IMG/VR virus record: IMGVR_UViG_3300043425_000676
Span: 8,062-72,061 of that record
Strand: one strand, 5' to 3'
Length of the DNA: 64,000 nucleotides
From: a virus
Positions 10,606 to 20,778 of this stretch are shown here, one piece after another. The notes below the pieces were generated by a model. The model did not search any database. It was not told the origin of the DNA and was given only the letters and a program-made list of their open reading frames with translations. A program made the translations under genes and the position numbers. Every line of letters starts with the position of its first letter. Positions within the stretch are counted from its first letter, which is position 1.

Positions 10606-10970
10606 GACATGCCTTTTTGGAACAAAACGGATTCAACTTTCTGTAGTTTGGTTCTCGCAACGTCATGATCACCATCAAGAGTCGCAATTCCAGCTTCAGC
10701 AACCAGACCGATCGCATGGTGCGTCACGTTATGAGATTGCTGATCCTTTGTGGCTGTTGTTTCCAGCTTTGCTAATGTTTCTGCATTCTTCTCTTGGGTT
10801 CTCGTTGCCGAGTTCATGAATGCGATGTGCGCCTCGGCTATTTTCGGGCCGTACTTTCTACCAAGAGTGAAGAATAGCCATAGAAACGGCCCAACAAATA
10901 GAATCAGGCAGGCGAACGGGATCCCTACTGCTTGAACAAATTGAGCAACACTTGTCCAGTCGATACTCAT
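10602..10970 (-). CDS. Holin-like membrane protein
   Basis: 122 aa, N-terminal TM helix (VGIPFACLILFVGPFLWLFF) followed by a coiled-coil tail; AGAAAGA upstream. Confidence 0.5.
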   Translation of the reverse strand: MSIDWTSVAQFVQAVGIPFACLILFVGPFLWLFFTLGRKYGPKIAEAHIAFMNSATRTQEKNAETLAKLETTATKDQQSHNVTHHAIGLVAEAGIATLDGDHDVARTKLQKVESVLFQKGMS

Positions 10971-10995
10971 GGCTAATCTTTCTGTAAAATGGCGA

Positions 10996-11700
10996 CTATG
11001 GGTTTGGGCAGTTTCCGTTGACGCAGAGTCCTCGAATGACGGCCTTCAAGCACTCTTTGTATTCTTCAGTTGTTTGAGGGTTGGATTTTGCAATCTCCTT
11101 ATCCACAGGGATCCTCCAGACGTTTAACCAGTCTTTGTTCCTGCTGGTTGGTTGCCGCATTCCAAAACAAGTTTCAATCGTGCTTGTTACCATGCCTTTT
11201 GCGTCAGGTAGGTATTGCGGCAGCTTAGGAAGTAAATTCGTAAGTGAACTCGCAAGAAGCGATGTCGTACCTGCGTCCTGAAGAGTGTCAACCGCCGCTT
11301 TTGAAGTAAGGCGTATCGACTCGTAATTCGGAGCAACTGGGTTGGGCTGCGGAGTTGGATTTGGTGATGGAGTTGGCGTAGGAGTTGGCTGGATCGCTGA
11401 AGCGGTGACGTTAATCGTGTGCCAACTGTAGGCAATGTTTGCTTGCTTGTCGGCAACAATCAGACCGAATTGGTACTTTCCAGCCGTTGGTATCGAGAAG
11501 AACACATTTGCGCCGCATGAGGCCGACTGCGACTTGAGTTCATCTGGGATAATCCAGACCTTGTTGTCTCCAACAGCATCCTCGTGCGAAAGGAACACTA
11601 GCGTTCCAGCGAGAGCCGTCGCTGGCCCTTTGATCGAAGCTTTGAGTTCTTGTCCGATCGCTGGCACTGCCAGCATTAAAAAAAGAAGCAGTGTTCTCAT
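10996..11700 (-). CDS. Secreted protein with Ig/PKD-like domain and Pro-Thr linker
   Basis: Signal peptide MRTLLLFLMLAVPAIG after ACAGGAAA; PTPTPTPSPNPTPQPNP linker; C-terminal CVNGNC. Confidence 0.65.
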   Translation of the reverse strand: MRTLLLFLMLAVPAIGQELKASIKGPATALAGTLVFLSHEDAVGDNKVWIIPDELKSQSASCGANVFFSIPTAGKYQFGLIVADKQANIAYSWHTINVTASAIQPTPTPTPSPNPTPQPNPVAPNYESIRLTSKAAVDTLQDAGTTSLLASSLTNLLPKLPQYLPDAKGMVTSTIETCFGMRQPTSRNKDWLNVWRIPVDKEIAKSNPQTTEEYKECLKAVIRGLCVNGNCPNP

Positions 11701-11779
11701 GGTTTCCTGTACTTGGCTTGCGGTGCTGCATGCAAAGCGATGCACATCGCATCGCTTTTTGAGTTTCAAAAAACAGAGA

Positions 11780-12166
11780 CTAGGGCTTAGGCTCTGGTGC
11801 TGGCTGTTGCTTCTTCTTTCGGTTTTCGATGATCATTTTGATAATCTCAAGAATAACTGGAATCAAAACCTCCCAACCCTGCGTACCGGCAGATGGAGGA
11901 ACTGAAGTTGCCGAAACATTTTGATCGAGCTCGTTGCACTTGCACTCAAGATCGTCCAGCAAGCTTTCGAGACTCGCGCAGGACATGGTTCCGGCTTCGG
12001 GTGTGCCGCCAGGCACGTAGGACGGGGCGAGTTTAGTCACCAAGCAACCAGCGACCCATAACGCTTGAGTGATGGTTTGCGTGGTCACCCCTTTGCGAAT
12101 GTCAGCTACCAAGCTGAGAACGCAAGAGAGGGAGACATCCGAAGTGAATTTGCTTTCGCACGGCAT
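11780..12166 (-). CDS. Hypothetical protein with C-terminal amphipathic/hydrophobic helix
   Basis: 128 aa, GAAAGG upstream; 'WEVLIPVILEIIKMII' followed by a basic tail. Confidence 0.6.
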   Translation of the reverse strand: MPCESKFTSDVSLSCVLSLVADIRKGVTTQTITQALWVAGCLVTKLAPSYVPGGTPEAGTMSCASLESLLDDLECKCNELDQNVSATSVPPSAGTQGWEVLIPVILEIIKMIIENRKKKQQPAPEPKP

Positions 12167-12199
12167 AGTAAAAACCTTTCCTAAGTTGATAAACCTAAA

Positions 12200-13144
12200 C
12201 TACAAAAAAGTGATCTGATCGTTTACAAGTGCGGCGATGATGTCTTGGGTCTTTGGTATCCCAAACCCCCAGTACGGGTCATGTCCAGGATTGCCTTTGT
12301 CTTGGGTGTATTGCGCAAGGAAAGCCCTGACAGCTTCCACGCCAGTGAATGCCGCCTGCCCCTCTCTGCGCATCAATTCAACTATGAGGCACAGCAAACC
12401 CGCCGCAAAGGGTGTCGCCATGCTTGTGCCTGACATGGCTCGGTATCCATTTGTGGTCGAGCAGGAAATGATGTCCTGACCTGGGCAGCACATATCGAGT
12501 TCGCGACCGCCAGACGAGAACGATGCTCGCTCTCCATCCTGGCGATACGCACCGATGCAGAGTGATTCTGGATATTTGGCGGGATATCCGATCGTATTTT
12601 GCCTGCCGGTGAAACCAGCATTGCCAGCAGCCGATACGACAATCGATCCTTTGCCCCATGCGTACTTCAATGCGTCTTGCATCGGAGCGTAAGGACTGTC
12701 CGATCCGAGTGACATCGAGATCACATCGGCACCATTATCCGCCGCCCATCGGATCCCCTGAGCGATCGCCTCCGACGAACCGCTACCGCGATTAGACAAA
12801 ACCTTGCCGACCATAAGTGATGCCGCAGGAGCCAACCCGATACCGTCCCTTCCAAGAACAGTTCCGGCGCAATGGGTTCCGTGTCCGTTTCCGTCCCTCC
12901 AGTTTTCACCCTGAATGAACGACTTTGCCTCCACTGGCTCTGGAAGCAAATCGTGAGAGTTCATTCCAGTGTCTAGGATAGCCGCACGGATGTTTGCACC
13001 TGTTCCTCGCTTCCAAATCGGCTCAAAGATCGCCTTTGGCAAGTGCCAGAGGTTTTCTGGAGCGGCGAAAAGCTGAACACCAGAGACCAAATCTGGCGGC
13101 AAATGAACAGGAGGACTCGTGTCTCGCATGTTGAATCTCGACAA
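12200..13144 (-). CDS. Subtilisin-like S8 serine peptidase
   Basis: Catalytic triad motifs AILDTG, NGHGTHCAG, SGTSMATP plus oxyanion AAGN. Confidence 0.95.
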   Translation of the reverse strand: MSRFNMRDTSPPVHLPPDLVSGVQLFAAPENLWHLPKAIFEPIWKRGTGANIRAAILDTGMNSHDLLPEPVEAKSFIQGENWRDGNGHGTHCAGTVLGRDGIGLAPAASLMVGKVLSNRGSGSSEAIAQGIRWAADNGADVISMSLGSDSPYAPMQDALKYAWGKGSIVVSAAGNAGFTGRQNTIGYPAKYPESLCIGAYRQDGERASFSSGGRELDMCCPGQDIISCSTTNGYRAMSGTSMATPFAAGLLCLIVELMRREGQAAFTGVEAVRAFLAQYTQDKGNPGHDPYWGFGIPKTQDIIAALVNDQITFL

Positions 13145-13158
13145 GGATGATTGCGAAG

Positions 13159-13191
13159 AAAAACAGGGGAGCAGGCACCTACCTGCCCCCC
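13159..13191 (-). terminator. Intrinsic terminator
   Basis: GGGGGCAGG...CCTGCTCCC hairpin followed by TGTTTTTCTT on the minus strand, just after the 13213 stop. Confidence 0.6.
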
Positions 13192-13212
13192 ATAGATCTC
13201 AAACAGAGACGC

Positions 13213-14064
13213 TTAGGTCAGCATTTGAGCGCAAGCGATCCAGTCGACCTTCATGTTCAACGCGGCGTTGCCAGCGATGTCCTTGATTCCGATGATCGGA
13301 GCAAGAAGCACATCGTCTGGGAAAGTTGCCGCATCGATCTCAGAAGCCGTTAGGCGAGCAGGAGCCGAAGCAGTTCCAGCCAGAGCACCATTGACGAAAT
13401 ACTCAACGGTCTTCGGGATAGCCTTGTAACGGAAGCCAAGCTTGACATAGGTATCAGCGACCATTGTGGCGATCGCGTTAAGCTTCGTCTTGGTGGCACC
13501 GTCTTGGTAGGTCTGACCGTCTGCCTTGTAAGCACCGTCAACAGCAGCCCCCTCGGCTTGAAGATGCACGAACCCGAGGAAGTTCTTGTCAGCCAGAGCA
13601 CCAGTCGTGTCGGCAAACAATCCGTCCGTCGCGCCCATACTGACTTCGCCAAGACCAACTGCCCACGACCACTTAGCCGCAGTGATTGCACTGACGCTAA
13701 GTCGAGTCTCAAACACCAAGTCGTTGTTGGCAAGCAAGAACGGAGCACCCAAACCGCGACCCCATTGCAGGACAGCTTCGTCGTTTGCGGCGTTTCCGTC
13801 GATCGCAAGTTGAATCAAGCCCTTTTCGGTGGCGGTGTCAGCGATCTGCTCGATCGAACAGCCGGTTCCCTCAAGGATTCGATACGGGCCTTCTGCCGTG
13901 GTAGCCTGGAACGAATGGAAGTTGTCAAAGAACCCAAAAAGAGGGTTCCCAGACTGACCATAGTCAGGGCCGCCGAGCGGATTAAGCCGGAATGGAGCAG
14001 GAAAATTCTTCCACAACCTCCCACTTGGAAGGTACCCGATGTCAAGTTCGTCAAAAGTAAGCAT
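13213..14064 (-). CDS. Capsid-associated/decoration protein (jelly-roll-like)
   Basis: 283 aa directly after the capsid gene; 'EYFVNG' and 'MKVDWIACAQ' ending typical of phage jelly-roll decoration proteins. Confidence 0.55.
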   Translation of the reverse strand: MLTFDELDIGYLPSGRLWKNFPAPFRLNPLGGPDYGQSGNPLFGFFDNFHSFQATTAEGPYRILEGTGCSIEQIADTATEKGLIQLAIDGNAANDEAVLQWGRGLGAPFLLANNDLVFETRLSVSAITAAKWSWAVGLGEVSMGATDGLFADTTGALADKNFLGFVHLQAEGAAVDGAYKADGQTYQDGATKTKLNAIATMVADTYVKLGFRYKAIPKTVEYFVNGALAGTASAPARLTASEIDAATFPDDVLLAPIIGIKDIAGNAALNMKVDWIACAQMLT

Positions 14065-14126
14065 GATTTTCCCTTTATGGAAAGTTGCGGGATTGTCCCA
14101 GCTTTGGGTGGGCGTTGTCCCAGTAC

Positions 14127-14163
14127 AAAAAACTGGCGGGCGAATTTACCGTCTGCCCGCCAG
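14127..14163 (-). terminator. Intrinsic terminator after major capsid gene
   Basis: CTGGCGGGC...GCCCGCCAG stem followed by TTTTTT. Confidence 0.8.
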
Positions 14164-14206
14164 AGACGCTTCTGTTCAATCCGCTGACTATGTGTCAGCA
14201 AACCTA

Positions 14207-15325
14207 CTAGGCGGTTTCGGTCACGGTTTGAGTGCAATAGCCACGGAAGTTACCGCGACGATTGAAGCAAACCATTTGAACCGAGTCGTCCATGCAGCGA
14301 ACGCGAACGTTACTCATCTCTGGGTGCTGGAACGCCTTTCGCTTACGCATTTGCCGACCAGCAGCGTAGTAAGCTTTGAAGGTCGCCCAGTTTACGCCGA
14401 GGATGACACCATCGGTGCGAGCATTGACGCTGTTCTGGTTCGTCCAGGCTGGAACCCAAGTCATCGGAACACCACGGACATACACGGTTCCGCTGTGAGC
14501 AGCCATGTCGTCCCCGATGTTATCGTTGCCGAGCTGGAGCAATCGACGACCCGATGCCAAAACGCTGTGAGTGGTCAGCAATTCCCAATCGCTTCGCTTT
14601 TGGCTAACGATGTCAGGACGCTGAACAGGAGGCGTAAATTGGCAAAGATCCATCGAGTTGATAACCTTCTCGACAAAATCACTGCGGCTCACCGAAGTGT
14701 AAGGGAACGTGCGGTTTCGCCATTGTGGATACTGGGTGCAGGAGATACCTCCAACACCGTTAGCACCCCAACCAACAGGCTCAAAGCCGTTGAACCCTTC
14801 CGGAGCGTTGTTCTCCGTCACGCTGTCATTCGTGGCAGTAATCCACCAGAGCAACGATGCGACCGAGAACGGGGTCTGGGTTGGTGCAGTCGGCCCAGGG
14901 CCAAACACCAAGTCTTCCATGCCCGTGTAGAACGAGGTCATGAGATCTCGCTCCATATCCTCGATGTAATCGTAAATCTGCCGACCGCCGGTGCGGAAGA
15001 TCTCTTCGTCGATGTCGTAGTGGTAGTTGTTCGTGGTCAACGCCCACTTCAACTCGCCCTCGTCCAGAGTGTTCACGCGAGTCGAGGAGTCTCGGTGATA
15101 CAGTCCGACCGTCTGGAAGTTGTCGTTGGTATTAACCTTGACCTTCCACTTGCACTGCGACGTACTCATCGTGTCTTTTTTCAGGTTGCCCGAGAAAAGA
15201 CGCGAAGCATACTTGTACTCCTGCAACGACAAGGACAAATCCTGTGCTGCAAGCATCTCCTCACCAGCGAACTTCTGGTGAATACTGTTGACGAAATCGT
15301 CAATTTGCTCAATCGATAGTGCCAT
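14207..15325 (-). CDS. Major capsid protein
   Basis: 372 aa after portal and scaffold, strong AAGGAG RBS, followed by terminator; 'VGGIS...YPQWRN' motif seen in many HK97-fold MCPs. Confidence 0.8.
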   Translation of the reverse strand: MALSIEQIDDFVNSIHQKFAGEEMLAAQDLSLSLQEYKYASRLFSGNLKKDTMSTSQCKWKVKVNTNDNFQTVGLYHRDSSTRVNTLDEGELKWALTTNNYHYDIDEEIFRTGGRQIYDYIEDMERDLMTSFYTGMEDLVFGPGPTAPTQTPFSVASLLWWITATNDSVTENNAPEGFNGFEPVGWGANGVGGISCTQYPQWRNRTFPYTSVSRSDFVEKVINSMDLCQFTPPVQRPDIVSQKRSDWELLTTHSVLASGRRLLQLGNDNIGDDMAAHSGTVYVRGVPMTWVPAWTNQNSVNARTDGVILGVNWATFKAYYAAGRQMRKRKAFQHPEMSNVRVRCMDDSVQMVCFNRRGNFRGYCTQTVTETA

Positions 15326-15344
15326 TTGGCAACTCCTTTACTGG

Positions 15345-16316
15345 TTACGACCTTTCGAGCTCTCGATAGAGCCGATCTGCTTCCTCGCGAGGATCTTCGC
15401 GTGGAGGCTGAGGTCTTGTCGGGCTTCCACCCTGACGAAGCTGGCTCTGCCTTGAGACTTTTTTGGTCTGCTGTTTCAAACGTTTCTTGGTGATTTCGTC
15501 CGCGAAAACCATGTTGGCTACACGACCAACTAGCTTATCGTTTAGTTCCGCAGGACGACCGAGGCGCTCAAGACCGATCAATTGCGCTTTGACAGCAACG
15601 TGAAGTTCTCTGCGCCGCTCGAGTTCTTCGTCGGATTCACTCCCGGTTTTCCCGAAAAGATCGGAAAACCCAAGTTGATCGACGTAGCTGTCGAACTGTT
15701 GCTCTTCGGCTTGAGCGTTCACATCAGCAAACCTCGCTTCGAGCACCGAAAGTCGTGATTCGTAATGATCACGCAATCGAGTAAACTCGTCGACGATCTC
15801 ATCGTCATAGAGATCCTTGCTAAGCGAAACCTCATACCGATTGCTATCCTTTCCGGCAGCATCTTCTTGCTTGGCTTCTTTCTTGCTGAATTGACCTTTC
15901 TCGTTTCGAGTCGAGCCTTCGTCGCTGTCAGCCAACGCCTTGCGTCCAGCCTCGAACGCCTTCTTGTCAAGCAATTTCAAAGCCTTATCCAACTCCTCGC
16001 GGCTGGCAAAATCCGACAAGTCAGACTCGTCAATGCCATACGCGGCAACCTCGGCTATCACCTTGTCGTTGACCCACTTGGGGGCACGCGACTCGTCGCC
16101 GGAAACCTCGCCTTGATCATCATCATCGGCGGAACTGCTGGAATTTTCCTCAGCAGGTGTTTTGTTGATCGATGCGGTGTCAGTGATGATTTCCGCATTC
16201 GACTTGCGATCACCCATACGCTCTCTTGCCACCTCTTCAGTGACAGTGTTCGCGTATTCCTTGATTTCATCGCTCGTCATGCCTTCGTTCAATTCGACAG
16301 TCTCACTCATCCCCAT
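15345..16316 (-). CDS. Capsid scaffolding protein
   Basis: Highly acidic/charged helical protein with 'RNEKGQF' motif, between portal and capsid. Confidence 0.7.
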   Translation of the reverse strand: MGMSETVELNEGMTSDEIKEYANTVTEEVARERMGDRKSNAEIITDTASINKTPAEENSSSSADDDDQGEVSGDESRAPKWVNDKVIAEVAAYGIDESDLSDFASREELDKALKLLDKKAFEAGRKALADSDEGSTRNEKGQFSKKEAKQEDAAGKDSNRYEVSLSKDLYDDEIVDEFTRLRDHYESRLSVLEARFADVNAQAEEQQFDSYVDQLGFSDLFGKTGSESDEELERRRELHVAVKAQLIGLERLGRPAELNDKLVGRVANMVFADEITKKRLKQQTKKVSRQSQLRQGGSPTRPQPPREDPREEADRLYRELERS

Positions 16317-16626
16317 AGCCTCCGTCTAAATCCCTGAAACCGCGCATTCGCAGAAATTCGTTGCGTGCGCGTCTACTTGTGAATCGCACCTGACCGCTAT
16401 CCATCACAGCGGCACCTTGAATCCTGTGCTTTTTGATCAGATCTCGAGTTTCGCCCACTTGGCTTTTCATGACACCGCACCCATCTGAAACAAGCGGGTT
16501 GTGCTCGGTGTAGGTGTTTGCCGCCATGGCTGGTCTCTCGAGCCAATCTGGCTTCCGAGGAACAAGCTTCTCAAGCTCTTGCTCGGTGACAAACTTGCCT
16601 TTGTACTTGTATTTGACAGTGCTCAT
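16303..16626 (-). CDS. Hypothetical head-associated protein
   Basis: 107 aa between portal and scaffold, TAATG coupling. Confidence 0.65.
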   Translation of the reverse strand: MSTVKYKYKGKFVTEQELEKLVPRKPDWLERPAMAANTYTEHNPLVSDGCGVMKSQVGETRDLIKKHRIQGAAVMDSGQVRFTSRRARNEFLRMRGFRDLDGGYGDE

Positions 16627-18416
16627 TACCCAGCCCCCTGCAACATCGAGTTTCTTTGTTGCGAATTGATTTGCGGGTTTCCGCCCATCAAGGTTTGTAT
16701 CAATGCGTTGTTCCTGGCGGCTTCTGTGCCACCACTACTGATGTTCCTTCGGATTGTCTCCCTGGTTGTCGTCGGAGACTGGCGAATCGTGTTTTCGTCG
16801 CCACCTAGCATGTCCGAAGGGTTCGCAAACGTGATGAATCGCTTGAACTCTGGTCGGTTCTTTAGTCTTGCGATCTCGTCAACAATTGCCTCTGCGTCAA
16901 TCGAGGCTCCCGATGCCTGGAACATCGGCCAAAGCGGTGCGATCTCACGCAACACCTGAAAGAGTTCTTGGAGTTTCTGCTCGGGAGTCTTGAAAACCAT
17001 GGAGTATGGTTCCACTCGGAACTCATAATCATCAAAGATTCCTTCCCTGTAACCTGGAGTCCAATCTGAATTAACTTCGATACCAGTGTTACCAACAGGC
17101 ATAGAGGTTTTGAGCTCAAGTGTCGAATCCTCCCACATAAGACGACCAAGATCCAAGATGCAATCCGAAGCGAACGAAACTACCGACATTCGCATGTCCG
17201 CTACGTTCTTCGATACGTTTCCGTGAATCAGTTCTTCCTGACCGAGTGTCGATGCCTGCTGCCCAAGCCCACCCATTGCCTGAAGGTTTCCAGCGAATCG
17301 ATCGTATTCCGACTGCAAGAAGGTCGCCAAAGCCATGTCTCTTTGGTCGATACCACCCACCTCAAACTGCTTGATCTGATCTGGACTTCGACCTCTGTAC
17401 CAACCATTGCGCTCTGATGTCCTGATTCGCTCCGCGTCGTCTTCCATCCCTGGTGGATAGATATTCACCTTGCGATGGGAGTCAGAATCATCCTCCATTC
17501 GCCTGTGTAAGCGGTTCTGTAGATCGTGCATCCCCTTTAAGTTGATCGCCGGAGACGTTGGTATCACATTGTCAGGAGTGTCCCCTAGAGACAGGAACTT
17601 GTACGGGCCAGCTTGCGATCCGATCCAATCGCGCTCGATTAGAGGCGGTAAATCCTGTTGATCGCAAACCATGGTCGCAATGGAGTTGTTCTCCGCGATC
17701 CAAACGTCCATCAACCAAACCATATCCTTCAGATCGTCATCCTCGGCGCTACCCCAGTCGGATCCAATGTCTCTGACCGCACCGACGGAATCCTGATGCT
17801 GCCTGGAGGTTGGTTTCAGCTTGTCTTTGACCTTCTTGTCGTACCCAGGCTCATCCATCACCTTTTCATAGTCAGCTCGGTAGCGATGACCGCAATACCG
17901 CATCTTGCTGAGCTCTCGAGCTGGCATGTCGAGTATCAAATCGTCGATCGACACTCGATTGAACCACGGCTCACCCGGATCGAGCCAAACATCTTCCTCG
18001 GCCTCAAGCAATCCATGGAAGCGAGTGTCAGTGTCTCGCATCATGACTACGCCACAGCCAAGGCAAAAGAACGCATCCATAACGATGGCTCGAAAAGTCT
18101 TGTCGAGAGCCATGTCGCTGATAAGCTTCTTGAGGTTTACCTCAAAACGCCTTGCGAACGGAAGCATTTCCATTCTTGATGTAGACACCAACACGCTTGG
18201 GTTGTTGGCGGCAAGGGCAACCGTATAGATACGTGCCGTTTGGTTCATCAAATTGACCAGAGTCTTGTTCTCTGCGCCTGATTCGGCGTACCAAGAACCG
18301 ACATAATCCCTGATCAACTCTTTGCGGACGCGACGGAATGGCTCCATCGCATCGCGAGACGAGCGAATCGCTTTTAGAAGTCTGCTTCGTTTTTCAGGGT
18401 TGGATAAATCGAACAT
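16626..18416 (-). CDS. Portal protein
   Basis: 596 aa after terminase; P22/T7-like portal size, 'STLGQEELI' in the usual TATE-motif position, Q-rich tail. Confidence 0.8.
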   Translation of the reverse strand: MFDLSNPEKRSRLLKAIRSSRDAMEPFRRVRKELIRDYVGSWYAESGAENKTLVNLMNQTARIYTVALAANNPSVLVSTSRMEMLPFARRFEVNLKKLISDMALDKTFRAIVMDAFFCLGCGVVMMRDTDTRFHGLLEAEEDVWLDPGEPWFNRVSIDDLILDMPARELSKMRYCGHRYRADYEKVMDEPGYDKKVKDKLKPTSRQHQDSVGAVRDIGSDWGSAEDDDLKDMVWLMDVWIAENNSIATMVCDQQDLPPLIERDWIGSQAGPYKFLSLGDTPDNVIPTSPAINLKGMHDLQNRLHRRMEDDSDSHRKVNIYPPGMEDDAERIRTSERNGWYRGRSPDQIKQFEVGGIDQRDMALATFLQSEYDRFAGNLQAMGGLGQQASTLGQEELIHGNVSKNVADMRMSVVSFASDCILDLGRLMWEDSTLELKTSMPVGNTGIEVNSDWTPGYREGIFDDYEFRVEPYSMVFKTPEQKLQELFQVLREIAPLWPMFQASGASIDAEAIVDEIARLKNRPEFKRFITFANPSDMLGGDENTIRQSPTTTRETIRRNISSGGTEAARNNALIQTLMGGNPQINSQQRNSMLQGAG

Positions 18417-18508
18417 TACCAGTCAAATCAACTTCGGAATTTTCCGGTCAATTTCGACTGGGTTTTATCTCCAGCCTATTGCACCATTTCGCCTACTTGG
18501 CGATGGAT

Positions 18509-18682
18509 CTATTTTTTAGTCGAAGATGCCGACTTGGCACCTTCAAGCACTGACTTTGTTTGTGCGAGGTTCAAAGCGGATTGAGAAAAATGCAGAGCCT
18601 TTTGAGCATCGGGCTGAGCCTTTGCTTGGTCTGCCATCTTTGCAATCGCCTGATCCAGTTTTTCGTTCAACTCGGCTTCCAT
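18509..18682 (-). CDS. Small helical protein not in the ORF track (57 aa)
   Basis: MEAELNEKLDQAIAKMADQAKAQPDAQKALHFSQSALNLAQTKSVLEGAKSASSTKK fills the terminase-portal gap. Confidence 0.55.
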   Translation of the reverse strand: MEAELNEKLDQAIAKMADQAKAQPDAQKALHFSQSALNLAQTKSVLEGAKSASSTKK

Positions 18683-18717
18683 CTTACGCCACTTCTTTCA
18701 GGTTTTATCCTTGAATC

Positions 18718-20634
18718 CTATCGCAATACATCACGTATTCCGAACTTTGGGCTGCCAGAACTGACTACTCGTCGCTCCTGGCGTTCTCTCCATAAAAAAC
18801 TACCATACTCTGGAATCTGTCCGTTTTCAATATCGCTGTCAACTTTAGAATCCAAATTCTCACCAGAAAATACCAACCAAGCACCGGCAGCAGCGATCGC
18901 TCGGTCTCCGTGGTTCTTCTCGGTCGCACCCTTGTTCTTCGTCGGCGAATGGATAATCCTTCCGTTTTCCCATTCGTACTCTCCGCACTCCTTGAGCATT
19001 TCTTCCGATCTGGGAGTGTAATCGCCCTTCTCCATCGCCAAGGCAAACTGCTCAAACATATCGGCTTTGTCGGCATCCCTGCAAGGAAAACCAGCCTTCC
19101 TGGACTTTTTCTGCGATCCGAGCTGCGTAACGTCTCGGTAGAAGATGTTTCCGTAGTTGCATACCTCGACGACCTCTTTGGCAAAACCTCCAGAGACACC
19201 TGAGTCTTCCCAACCAAGTAATGCTTTGCGCATCCAAAGACACAAGCCGACGACCATCCTAGCGAATGGCCGTGGCTCAAGCCCCTTGATGACATACTCG
19301 AGAATTTCTTCTCCTGTTCGATTGTCGATACCGGAGGCTACTGAGTTGGACGAGTATGCACCGACACCACCAGAGGCGATGTCGCAAGCGATCGTAAACG
19401 GCCCAAGCGGTGGACTGTTGTCTATCCCGGGCTTGAACCACAGCGACAGCGGCCCATCGTCCCTGGGGACTAAACCTTTGAGCTCGAGCGTTTCACTGTC
19501 AAATATCGGCGTTCCTCTCCAAACAGGCTTCTTGCCGTGGTTTTTCTTCATCCGATCGAGCAGGTCTGGCGAGAAAACCTTACCAGAGGATCCCTTGGCA
19601 TCCATGTCGAGCTCGCGTGCGATGTACCGAGGCGTAGCCCCGGGAAGCAGGCAGTGAGAGTCGTACCAAGGCGATCTAAACTTGCCTTCGATCTTGTGCC
19701 CCCTTCTTTCGATCGCTCGCAACTCCCTCTCATGCGAGGAAACATACTTTTCAACCTGCTCTTGCTCGTCTGGGTTGATTGCCGTCACAACACCGTCTTT
19801 TTTGATGTACGCCAGTTTTGCGTGCTCTGGGTTTTCCTTCCAGTCAAGTGCGTAGACTCTGGTGTTGTCCGGATCGGTCGCCGACTCGTAGAACACACCT
19901 GTATCGGCACCGAACGTCGAACAGAGGAATATGCAGTTGGTCACGTGAGCAACCGAGCTCATGATCCTGTAATCGATACCGTTGGCAATAAACTCCTCCG
20001 ATCCAACTTCGTCGAACGCAAAAAGAGTGGTTCTACCACCCCGGGCAACGTCTGCTGTAGCCGAGTACCCGATCCATATCGCATCGGTTTTCGGGATCCT
20101 GATCGTATGGTCGGTGATGTTTCTTTCGTATGGTTTGCCGTCCATCATCCACACTGGCAGCTTGTCGAGCATGTCCGAAAGCTTGTTCATCACCGCCGAC
20201 GGATCCTTAGAATCGACCGTCTTTTCGTTTCGAGTAACAAGACCTGATGAAAAGCCCTTCTCGGTGAGCGCCCTGCGGATCTGCACTCCGAGGTACGTGT
20301 AGGTTCCGCCCTGAGCTCGGCTCTTCTTGAGTGTCACCGACACCGGATGCTCGGTAGCCATCGCCTCGGTGATCGCTTCGTCCATAGCCAGGATCACCGC
20401 TTCTTGGTGCTTCCACGGGATGAAAGGCTTGGTTTTGACTTTTGCTCTAGGCTCGTGCACCCAAAGGGCGAACGCGAAGAAGAACAGAACATCGGTCTCG
20501 CAGGCTTGCAGTAAAGCACTTCGGAATCGCTCATCGACCAAGGCTCGCTCACGGCAACGGATACGCCACTCGAGGTTTTCTACAGGATCTTTTGGAACTA
20601 GGTCGTAATACAGCGATGACATTACCACGCTCAA
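18718..20634 (-). CDS. terL: Terminase large subunit
   Basis: Walker A-like KSRAQGGT, Walker B FAFDE, 'RELD', nuclease 'IACDIASG' and C-terminal 'HGDRAIA'. Confidence 0.9.
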   Translation of the reverse strand: MSVVMSSLYYDLVPKDPVENLEWRIRCRERALVDERFRSALLQACETDVLFFFAFALWVHEPRAKVKTKPFIPWKHQEAVILAMDEAITEAMATEHPVSVTLKKSRAQGGTYTYLGVQIRRALTEKGFSSGLVTRNEKTVDSKDPSAVMNKLSDMLDKLPVWMMDGKPYERNITDHTIRIPKTDAIWIGYSATADVARGGRTTLFAFDEVGSEEFIANGIDYRIMSSVAHVTNCIFLCSTFGADTGVFYESATDPDNTRVYALDWKENPEHAKLAYIKKDGVVTAINPDEQEQVEKYVSSHERELRAIERRGHKIEGKFRSPWYDSHCLLPGATPRYIARELDMDAKGSSGKVFSPDLLDRMKKNHGKKPVWRGTPIFDSETLELKGLVPRDDGPLSLWFKPGIDNSPPLGPFTIACDIASGGVGAYSSNSVASGIDNRTGEEILEYVIKGLEPRPFARMVVGLCLWMRKALLGWEDSGVSGGFAKEVVEVCNYGNIFYRDVTQLGSQKKSRKAGFPCRDADKADMFEQFALAMEKGDYTPRSEEMLKECGEYEWENGRIIHSPTKNKGATEKNHGDRAIAAAGAWLVFSGENLDSKVDSDIENGQIPEYGSFLWRERQERRVVSSGSPKFGIRDVLR

Positions 20635-20707
20635 CCTTGTTTTTGCCCCACCAACTCACCGAATCTAAGGGCTTCGGAAAAGTTCGGGTTGGTTAGGGCT
20701 TTGTGCA

Positions 20708-20744
20708 TAAAAAAAGGCTACGCAACTTTCGTCACGCAGCCTAC
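20708..20744 (-). terminator. Intrinsic terminator in the leader of the late operon
   Basis: AGGCTGCGTGAC-GAAA-GTTGCGTAGCCT followed by TTTTTT. Confidence 0.8.
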
Positions 20745-20778
20745 AGGAGACTTGCTCACAATGGAGTAAGGTGCAATT

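Noticed and set aside
14039-15319. 426-aa plus-strand ORF and other long antisense ORFs
   Set aside because: Antisense shadow of the capsid gene; no RBS or protein-like motifs
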